From assembly GCA_951406725.2 (NCBI GenBank), contig OX597818.1, positions 143,158,001 through 143,222,000 on the forward strand: 64,000 nt of DNA. Reading direction: 5' to 3'. Made by a program: the position numbers and the translations under genes. Source of the DNA: Octopus vulgaris (Eukaryota). A model generated the notes under the pieces. That model did no database searches. It was not told the DNA's origin and worked only from the letters and a program-made list of their open reading frames with translations. Below, one piece after another: positions 54,063-64,000 of the stretch; positions within the stretch are counted from its first letter, which is position 1; the number at the start of each line of letters is the position of its first letter.

Positions 54063-54763
54063 AGACTCTGGATGATTAAATTACAACAGCTATGGTAGTC
54101 CATTGTCTGTATTATAGTGCATTGTTATACCATTCAAAACATTATATATATATATAAAATGGCGGTGCTCCAGCATGGCCACAGTCATTGAACTGAAACA
54201 TATAAGAGAATAAGATAATATATATATATATGGGAGGGGAGGTGTACCCTCGCGCGCGTGTGTGCACACGGGCATCGATCCCGGTCAGCCTTGCTATCCG
54301 AATAGAATATGCGGATGTCCAATAAGACCGGAACAGGGCAATTAGCTTCAAAGACCAGGTACAACCCAATCTGTATATTGTTAAAAGATTGCTAACAACC
54401 GAGCTCATTGTCTACTAGTTGCACGGATAATAGTCTCAGTCGACTGGAGATTTTAGTTTACATATATAAGATTTCGGGGTTGATAGATTAAGTACCAGTT
54501 ACGCACTGGGGTCGATATAATCGACTTAATCCTTTGTCCCCTCTATGTTTAGCCCCTTGTGGGTAGTAAAGAAATATATATAAGATTATACAACATGATC
54601 CAGTCTTATTATGTCTTTTAAAGACAGCAGTATGCGGTCTGAAGGAATTTAGCTGTTATTTCTAGCAGGTCAAATGATCCTGCAGTGGCGCCTATGTGAA
54701 TGGAATTTTTGAAGAGAGGAAGCAGAGAGAAAGGAAAGAAGCAGATTGTTAGTTGTAACCATG

Positions 54764-54815
54764 TGACGTCATCAAAGAAGCGGAGTAATTGCGAACGAGA
54801 ATCTCATTGACGTCT
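54764..54815 (+). promoter_or_regulatory. Full CRE (TGACGTCA, 54764-54771) plus near-CRE (TGACGTCT, 54808-54815) upstream of the G-gamma ATG
   Basis: The motifs lie 100-150 bp upstream of the start codon in unique, CpG-retaining sequence. Confidence 0.6.
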
Positions 54816-54915
54816 CGTTTCACTGAACTTTGTCAGTAGTCGGTGCGCGCAAGCAATTAGTGTTTCTTCATTCACTCATTATTTCGTCTGTCAATAATTG
54901 AATTCTACTTCGAAA

Positions 54916-55010
54916 ATGTCTAGTCAAGTCCAGTCTCTGCAGAAACAACTCTCCCAGTTACGCCAGGAAGCTAGTATCTCTAGAATTCCTGTGTCGCAAG
55001 CTATAGAGGA
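54916..55010 (+). CDS. GNG: Heterotrimeric G-protein gamma subunit, first coding exon (partial)
   Basis: AAAATG context; MSSQVQSLQKQLSQLRQEASISRIPVSQAIE matches the GGL-domain N-terminal pattern (QL+.EA.I.R..VS.A). Consensus donor GA|GTAAGT (phase 2). The second exon (NPF, CAAX) was not found in the window. Confidence 0.8.
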
Positions 55011-58000
55011 GTAAGTGATGATTTCTTCAATATTAATTAGTTTTTCTTTTCCTTTTCACTTAATTAATTAACTGCTTTTTGTTAGTTCTTTGTTTTAGAT
55101 TGTTTTTTTTTTTGACGAATTATTGATTACTAGAATCTGCTACTGTTATGATTTTTTAATTATAACCATCTTCTGCCTATTCCGTATCCTTTATAGTCGC
55201 GCACATCATTCTCTTCCATTTCAATTTGTCGGCATAGATGCACACCTACCAGTTAATCAGTTTAGCCCCAGGTCTGCGGAAATCGAGCAGATTCATCATC
55301 CAAGGCTTTCCATCCCTAATCTCTTCGACTCTTTTCCTTTTTCCAATGCACCCCGAGCCAAATTTTTTAATCTGATCTTTTCTCAGGTGATGGAGTATAA
55401 CTTGAAAGAGATTTCACTGTTATTTTTAGCAAATCTAACGGCCATGTAGAAGCTCTCGCTGACTCACTACTATAGAAACCAACAAGGGAGCCTTTACGTG
55501 ATAGCTCGATTTGCTAGAAATAGCAGCCACACCTCCCTCACACTCCTTAGTGTCTTTAAAAATAGGAAAGTCACTGAACAGTGCTGGAGATGGTCACGTT
55601 TGGAATACCGCTTTGATCATAATTCTACTCTATCGGGTTTGATCTAAGAAAGGTGGGGTCAAACAGCAGCAGTATTTAAATTATGTATGTTTATTATTTG
55701 ATCTAATTCCAGTTGGATACTAATATCGATTGATGAGTTAGTTACCTTGGTAGTGTATCAGTCATCTTAACGAATTGTTGCTATTCTTCATCATTGATTA
55801 TCTTATTACGACAGAAATGGAAAATGAACAAGTGTTGCTTTATGGCTGACATCTTGGTAGTAATAGCAGTCAGTAGAGATGGTGCTGCCCGTGTTGATGA
55901 TGATGGTAGTAGTTTCGCCCCAGTTCAGCTCCGAGGAGACTTAGAAGCAAAGGCGTTGTAACCATGGCCATCTCGTCTTTTTTAGAGCTATCTAGGATCG
56001 TACCACTCTGATGGGTTCGTTTTATAAAACGATAGCGTGGCTACCGCGCCGAGGTTTCTTGTATAAAGACAATTATCTTGTATAAAGATAATTAATGGTA
56101 GATTCCAACTAGAGCAATAAGACGGGGTTTGTCTTGAGAAGAGATATATTAGCTTTTCTGTTGGCATTAATTCAATTTCGTAAGGTGAAGTGTGAAGCTG
56201 AACTCGAGTCCTTCATTGCAGCACATGAAACGTATAAATAATTAGAATATTATTGATAAATCTTTAAAATAACCAGTTTTGCAGTGAAGAATGCACTCTT
56301 GGTATATATTAAATATATTCTTAGTCTGTTTATGTGTCGAGTGAGATTTCTGTCGAAGATTAGCTTTCCAGGTTTAATTAGCTATTTTAAACTACATATA
56401 ACTACAAGGGACGGTCTCTATGTAGGTGCTCGAACTGCTAGAAATAGCAGCTGAACCTTCCTTCAAACCATACCATAGTCTTAAAAAAATCGGAGTTCTA
56501 TCATGGAAAAGAATGGATTAGTCGGGGTTTTAAGTGTTTAATCTTAAGGATACTCAAACATAGCTGATCTGAGCCTAATCACGAACAGCGGTGGAGTTTA
56601 TGTAGTCACTCACAATAGCAGTCAAATCTCCTCTAAACCACATGTTATCACTTAAAAATGAAGGAGAGAAAAAAACCTGAACAATATAGAAAAATGATAT
56701 TCTGGATTCACTCTGTAAGAACGACGAGGTTGTGGCTGCAATGGCTTTAAACGATAAGTTTACTCTATCAGGTACTTAGTAGTTAAACGGCAGCAGTTGA
56801 TAAATACTACTTTTAAAGGAATGAATTTTGAAACTCAGCCGAAATATTTTCGAGGGTTAGTCATACGAAGCTACGAACGAAAGTAACCATCCACCTCAAT
56901 GTAGCAGCAGTAATTAACACATTTAATGCTTTTAGGAAATAGAAAGTATTCTTTCTTTCTTTTTTTTTTGTTTTAAGAAGCTTATAAAAGATTAATTAGT
57001 TAAACTTCTTTCTGTAATTATTATGACTTCGCTGATTGAAGGGAAGAATGTCGAAGATATTAATTACATATGCGGATGGAACATGGTAAGAATGCTTGAA
57101 TGAGAGCGTAGGGCGGGAGGAAGTAAAATATTATTCAACTGATCATTTCGGAAACCTATTTTGGTGGTACTTTCCTGACTATATATCTAACTACAAAACT
57201 TTCCGAATGTAAAAAGTTGCATATATATATATAGTTTTCTGTATATATATATATATTAAAAGTTTCAGCTAGAACCATAGCTTCTTATTAACTTATTTTC
57301 TTTGAAGGTTCAGGTTTGATACAATATAGCAGCAATCAAGTTACTGGCAATTTAACCAACTACTCTCCTCCAAATTGCTGGCCTTGTGCCTAATTTAGAA
57401 ATTATTAGGGTGATAGATTGGCAGAATTGTTGGTGTTGGACAAAATACTACTTTGTGGTACTTGTTCCAGCTTTTTAGTTCGAGTTCAAATCCCGCCGAG
57501 GCTAACTACCTTTCCTCCTTTTAGGGTTGATAAGCGAAGTACCAACCAAACAATCGACTATTCCCTTATAGTGCTGGTCTTGTACTTAATCTAGAAACAA
57601 CTATTATTTACCATATCAGCTAATTAAAAACTCTTCATATCATATAATAATTTTAATCATTTACCAATTAAATCATTTTCGTTAATAGTCTTGAGAAATT
57701 CGTGAATGATGCTGAATTTCATTTCTCTTTGCTCGAAAGGTTTTGTATCTAATGACAAATGTTCATTCTGTATAAACAATGTTGAAGAAATACTGTTTTT
57801 TTTATTATTATTTACGTTAGTAGTCAGTTGTATATTATGGTGATTCATTGAGGCAAGACTTCGCATTTTCTGTTTTTGCTTAAGTCTGAATGTAATTGAT
57901 GTACACCACATGGGTCGTATTGAAACGTGACCATACGATAGCATATCACTTGATCAGTGCTTGCTTTTATGAACTAGTCTAAATCAAAATTATTATTAAA

Positions 58001-60634
58001 TATCAAATATAACTGAATATCATCGATAGAGGAAGATTTAAACAAAGTGTGTAAGATGATGAAGTTACTGAGGCAACAAGCTATTAAAAGATTATAGCTG
58101 AAAACTTAAAGGAATCAATAATATTAAATAAATAGTATATATTTAAATATTAGGCAAGTTCTTTTAAAACAAGAATGAGCATTAAAAGAGATAGATTTAA
58201 ATTTGAGCCACTGAAGTCTCGTCGTTAATTTTATTTCGATATTTATGGCCTTTTATTTTCTAAACCCATCATATCTCGCTATCCATCCAGTGTCGATGAA
58301 ACAAGTACCTGTTAATTATTGAGAGGAGTCCACATAATTGGTCGTTCCTCTCCCCACAATTCTTGACCTTATTATTTTCCATTTGAAAAATTAGGGTTAT
58401 CCTATTTTCGTCAGTGCATGATTACTTAGATGGGAATTCTCTGTTAACAAATATTTGCCACCGGATAAAGAGGCGGTTTGTTTCGTAAAATGTTGGCGCA
58501 TATTACTATTAAAATTCGAGAAACTATTCGGTTACCATCACTTCATCTCTTCATTTCTTCCTTCCTGTCGACTATGTGTGTGTGTGTGTTTTCTAAGTTA
58601 TAAAAATCGGCAAAAATGCGGCTTCGCTCTGTTTATCAATTAATTCTTTGTTCCCATTAAGGCAGCTGGCCTGGCCCCCACCTCCGTCTCTCTCTCTCTC
58701 TGAGTGTAGCTGTTTGTCCCACCACATCAACCTGTGTTGAACTATGTGAAGTGGCAGCTGACTTAGTTCTAAACTATTCAAACATCGTCAACAGACAAAT
58801 ATTTCTCTGTTTTCTGTAATATAAGTCTCAGTTTATATTTATTTATGGTGAGTGTTATTAAAAAAAAAACAAATCCCTACTCATATACACACTTCTAAAC
58901 GTGCAAACTTTCGAGAACCCGTAAATGTTTATAGTGAGGGGGGAAATAGCTCTTTATTCTTGTTTCAGTCATTGGACTGCAGCCATGCTGGGACATCACC
59001 TCAGTTTTAAGTCTGGCACCTCTTCTATCGATTATTTTGCCGAACTGCTAACCAAAGACACCACCGGTTGAGACACACACACACACGACGGGCGGTCCTT
59101 ATTAAATTTTTGGCAGCCCTTTGAAGTTTTTCAGATTTTCACCAGATTATTTTGGGGGCAAAATTATATAAGAGCTATATTTTTTGAAAATAATCTGTTG
59201 ATTATTTTCAAGTGGTTGGAAGAAATTTAACAAGAATGTGACAAACTTCCACCACAATTTTCTGCTACCAAATTTAAACTCAGGGAATTGGTTGACCTGA
59301 GGATATAGTTGGAAAAACTTGCACAGTGGGACGGAATCTAAAACCCACAAGAGTATGAATTGAACTTCTTAACCACACGTCCATGACAAAATTATGTGAA
59401 ATATTTTTGCTTACTTTGTCTTCGTAGGAACCTGACAAAATTCTTGTTTACCTTAAGACCTTTCTTAAAAGTAACTTGTCCTTTTAAAAATTGTTTCTAA
59501 GTGCATTGTTTGTTTACTTCTAATTAACGAGTTAAACCAAAATCTAGCTTTTTTTTTTACAGTTTAGGCACATTCTTAAGACATAAACTTATACTCTGTA
59601 GAAATCAAGCAGTTGAACTAACTTGGTGTTTGTATGTATCATCATCATCATCATCATTGTTGTAATATTTACTTTTCTAGGCTAGTATGGGTCAGACGAG
59701 AGTATATTAAGGCAGTTTTTCTATGGCCAGATGCCCTTCCTCTTGCAAATCTCCACTTATTTTCAACTGAGGTAATAATCTCGCAGTCTATTGAACAGTC
59801 TGGACATACATGTATGCATGCATGAGTGTGGGTTTGTGTCTCCTTGGTTAGAAATCTTGTGATGGTTGTAAACAAGCATCACTGTTATATAAGCAGTGTT
59901 CCTCATTTTCAGTCTGTGAAAACATGTCAGGCCAAGGGAAAATATTACCTTAGTTGAAAACAGGTGAGCTTTAGCAACAGAAAGGGTATCCAGATGTAGA
60001 AGATCCAATTTAGTGAGTTCCGTTTTATGTTCCCTTGATAAAGAATATCCAGTTCAGTTTAGCCTTTCCTTTAGAGGTACATTTTTTAAATACTTCATAC
60101 CTTACAACCTGCCTTCTCAAATTACATGTAAGCCTAGCAGAATTAATTGTTTCAATTGGGTAAGTAATAGCAGTAATAGTAGGATTAACTAATTTTATAC
60201 TTATTCACTGGTGGATTATGTTGTTAATCTCAGCTTTAGTCAAGTGGGATTTATTTATCTTTAAATGGACTTCATTGTGTTGGTAGATTATGGTAATTGA
60301 TATTGTATTTTGTAAATATTTATATTAGCTTTATTTCTATTGAAATGTACTGGTATGCAACTTCTAATGATGGTCACTTTGATGTTATTGTCACTTTCTG
60401 CTATTATTTAGCCCTTGGCAGCTATTCACATTGTCTTCTCACTTATTTACTTATCAACCTATCCACCCACCTATATATGTCTATTTACATGGGGAGTTTA
60501 GGCATATGTTAAAGCTTACAATCTACTTGTTGGACTGTTTAGCAATTTCGTTAAGACAAAGAGTATATGTTGTCCTGTTGTTTGCATTTCTGTTTTGAAG
60601 ACAGAATGGCTGTAATAATACCTGTTCATAAGTA

Positions 60635-60843
60635 TCTTTTCTACCTAAGACACAAGGCCTGGAATTTTGTAGGAATTATTTGATTATATTGAACCTAGTA
60701 TATAACTGGTACTTATTGTATCAACACTGAAAGGACGAAAGGCAAAGTCAATTTTGGTGGCATTTGTACTCAGAATGTAAAGCTGGAAGAAATGGTAAAC
60801 ATTAAGTCCAGCGTGCTGACAATTCTGCCATTTTGCTGACTTG
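60635..60843 (-). mobile_element. Deu/Nin SINE, single unit, decayed
   Basis: GAAAGGACGAAAGGCAAAGTCAA...ACTCAGAATGTAAAG. Confidence 0.7.
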
Positions 60844-60860
60844 CTATATATATATATATA

Positions 60861-61159
60861 TCACGTCACATGACCGACCAGGCTATCAGATGTTGCTACA
60901 CATCGCTGGTCACAATGCGCTTCACATTGTTTTAGCCTTCAAATGATGCCACCCCGCTGGCTAAGCGAGGAGCAGGCCAAACAGAAGAAAGAGTGAGAGA
61001 AAGTTGTGGCGAAAGAGTACAGCAGGGATCGCCACCACCCCTGCTGGAGCTTTAGGTGTTTTCGCTCAATAAACACTCACAACGCCTGGTCTGGGAATCG
61101 AAACTGTGATCCTATGACCGCGAGTCCGCTGCCCTAACCACCGGGCCATTGCACCTCCA
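60861..61159 (-). mobile_element. SINE B variant with an alternative 3' half
   Basis: 60980-61159 matches the SINE B head and body, but 60861-60980 is unrelated to the standard B tail. Confidence 0.8.
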
Positions 61160-61167
61160 CATATATA

Positions 61168-61530
61168 TTCTTGTACTTGTTTCAGTCATTTGACTGTGGC
61201 CATGCTAGAACACTGCCTTTAGTCAAACAAATCAACCCCAGAACTTATTCTTTGTGAGCTTGGTACTTTTTCTATCGGTCACTTTTACTGAACTGCTAAG
61301 TTATGAGAACGTAAACACACCAACATCAATTGTCAAGCGATGGTGGGGATCAAACACAGACACATACATATACATACACACAATGGGCTTCTTTCAGTTT
61401 CCATCTACTAAATCCACTTACAAGGCTTTGGTCGTTTTGAGACTATAGTAGAAAACACTTGCCCAAGGTGCCATGCAGTGGGACTGAACCCAGAACCATG
61501 TGGTTGGGAAGCAAGCTTCTTACCACACAA
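61168..61530 (-). mobile_element. SINE family A, decayed
   Basis: Aligns to the other family A copies. Confidence 0.85.
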
Positions 61531-62124
61531 CCCCACACCTGTTCAATAAGACTGTATTCTATCCCAGTAAGTACATGTTCTTGTACACTTACTTCAGCAA
61601 GCATGTTGAAGTTTTTGACTTACTGAAGGGATGTAATATAACCAAAACATACTTGATTTCTCTTGTGCATGCTAAGACTCAAAAGATCTTTCAATAACTA
61701 ATACTATTTTTGTCTTCCGCCTACATAGTTTTTACTAGTGAAATTGTCAATGTTCTCTGCATGAAATATTTTGACATCAACAGAACTGTTTGTTATTTTC
61801 CTTGGTCATAATTGTACTAAAAGCTCACAATACTTAATAGTAAATATTTTGCAATATTGGAATTAGTTTTAGATGCAGTCATCTTTTGAATTTCAGTAAA
61901 GTTAAGTATTTCATTTCGTTTTTGGATTTGGTTTGCAAGATTAGTTCGTGTATTCTGTTGTGTCTGGGGAGAGTAATTTTCTTTTTGTGCCTTATAATTT
62001 AACACGCTCACCGGTAGTCAAGACTATTGAAAAGGTTGCAAGACGCAATGAAAATTTTAGGAAAATAAAAATAAGAAATAAGTGGAAATTTTACTAGTGA
62101 GTGTGTTAAATTATAAGTATTTTT

Positions 62125-62438
62125 ATACAGTTCTATATTTAAGAGATGAGGAATTATGTACATTATTTACATTTGACGGATATTTCTCCTCATCTTGTTT
62201 GTTTGTTAACAATGTTTCAGCTGATATACCCTCCAGCCTTCATCAGGTGTCTTGGGGAAATTTCAAACCTGGGTTCTCATTCCTGAGGTATAATAATACT
62301 GAAAAATACCTTAGGAATGAGAACCTAGGTTCAAAATTTCCCCAAGACACCTGCTGAAGGCTGGAGGGTATATCAGCCGAAATGTTGTGTTAATAATAAA
62401 CAAGATGAGGACAAATATCTGTCAAATGTAAATAATGT
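62125..62438. mobile_element. Palindromic Penelope terminal-repeat pair with two mutated hammerheads
   Basis: Arms 62160-62291 and 62306-62438. Motif ACAC-CTG(A/C)TGA-A-GGCTG..CAGC(C/T)-GAAA..TTGT. Same family as 63607-63680. Confidence 0.85.
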
Positions 62439-62654
62439 TAATAAATATTTTAATGTTTTCAATATTGCAAAAATAAGTTTTCAGTTTTCACTACTTTAAA
62501 CCTGTGTAGCCTGTTTTTTTTTTAGAATGGTTTTTCTAGTGATAAAATTCCTATAGTTGAATTCTACGTTCTACTTGCCTAGAACCTGTCATCATTTCTC
62601 TGAACCACCCCTCCCCACTGGTGCTCCCCTATATATTTCTGCACCCCCCCCCCC

Positions 62655-62897
62655 ACATAAAAAGCACCATCCGAACATGGCCGATGCCAGACCCCTCTGG
62701 CACCTGTGCAGGTGGCACGTAAAAACACCCACTACACTCGCGGAGTGGTTGGCGTTAGGAAGGGCATCCAGCTGTAGAAACACTGCCAGACTAGACTGGA
62801 GCCTGGGGCAGTCCCGAGCTCCCCAGACCCCGGTCGAAACCGTCCAACCCGTGCTAGCGCGGAAAACGGACGTTAAACGATGATGATGATGATGATG
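62655..62897 (+). mobile_element. SINE family C
   Basis: Standard family tail plus (TGA)n. Confidence 0.85.
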
Positions 62898-63606
62898 ACT
62901 ACATTGCATCTGGTTTCATTGAATTGATTTTTGTTATTTATATGCAGTGGCGTCACAGGTGGGCTGATAGAAGAGATATGCAAGAGTAGTTAGCATTAAG
63001 AGCACTCATGAAATACATTCAAATGCGCAGAAGGCTCCATACAACTTGGTGCAATTGCAAGTAGATGTTCTGAAATAGTAGCGAGAGTAAGGATGGAGTT
63101 AGAAAATTTCAAGGGTTTAATACCTCAGCTGGTGACAGAAGGGTTCTGTATTTGAATAAAGAGTAGATTGTGTATAAAGTGAGACATTGCATTGTAGCTA
63201 AGTGTAGGTTTTGAGTGCAGAGGATTTGTGAAAGCTTGAAAGATATGAGGTGAGCATGATTTACTGGATGTGTTAGGTTAGAATGTACAAACAAAGGACC
63301 ACAAATGAGTTGAGAGAAAATGAGAAAAATAGTTTACATGAGGTATATGATGTCGTGTGCAAGAGAAACAACTGTGCTGTTGTTACGGGCCTGTAATATA
63401 CATGGACTGTTACAATGCAATATCTCCCTTAATACACAATCCATCCTTCATTCAAGTAGAGAACCCTTCTATCACCAGCTGAGATATTAAACTTTTGAAA
63501 TTCTCTCACACCATCCTATATATACATACAAACAAGCTTCTTTCAGTTTTTGTCAGCTGAATCCACTTACAAGGTTCTGGTCAGTCTGGGGCTATTGTAG
63601 AAGATA

Positions 63607-64000
63607 CTCCAGCCTTCATCAGGTGTCTTGGGGAAATTTCAAACCTGGGTTCCCATTCCTAAGGTATTTTTCGATATTATTCAGGTCACTGCCTGGAATC
63701 GAGCTCGGAATCTTGGGGTTAGTAGTCCACACTCTTAACCACTATGGCCGTGGGTAATTATGGAGTGAGTTTTAGGGCTTATAAATCTGATATTTCCCCA
63801 TCCTTCCTTAATACAGGTTCCCATATGTTAGTCATATCTCCACTTGGTCTGCTTTAGAAGGTTGTTGTGTCCTAGCATATATGCTGCTTCTTTTAGTTTT
63901 CATATTTTCCAGTGGTGTTCTCTGTCTATTATTTTAACTTCATTCCACTGGGGGAGGTGGTCTCCATTTTTCTATACGTGATCAGGTATACCCGATTTAT
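63607..64000 (-). mobile_element. Penelope-like retroelement 3' end: GIY-YIG ORF terminus, tRNA-like segment and truncated hammerhead repeat
   Basis: Minus strand 63998-63779 reads KSGIPDHV*KNGDHLPQWNEVKIIDREHHWKI*KLKEAAYMLGHNNLL/SRPSGDMTNIWEPVL. Box A/B follows at 63744-63695, then CTGATGA at 63622-63616. Confidence 0.8.

Noticed and set aside
59561-59630. Possible G-gamma exon 2 after TTTTTACAG
   Set aside because: The translation lacks the D.L, NPF and CAAX motifs.

Overview
This is AT-rich, microsatellite-saturated eukaryotic DNA. The SINE families and abundant (TA)n/(CA)n/(TATG)n arrays suggest an octopod cephalopod (inference). Nearly all track ORFs are microsatellite or repeat artefacts. 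Host coding signal is limited to a likely first coding exon of a heterotrimeric G-protein gamma subunit (+, 54916-55010, with a CRE upstream) and a candidate first exon on the minus strand (15752-15697). The E-box/CLEAR-rich region upstream of that candidate is tandemly duplicated (~868 bp). The rest is transposon debris: several tRNA-derived SINE families, RTE, CR1 and R4/Dong LINE pieces, a Ty3/Gypsy remnant, a mariner, Helitrons, a MULE-like foldback and MITEs. The most striking unannotated signal is about ten minimal type-I hammerhead-ribozyme loci from different sequence families. Several sit in head-to-head palindromes in microsatellites. One is linked to a Penelope GIY-YIG ORF end through a tRNA-like (Pol III box A/B) segment. 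All calls were read by eye, and repeat boundaries are approximate.
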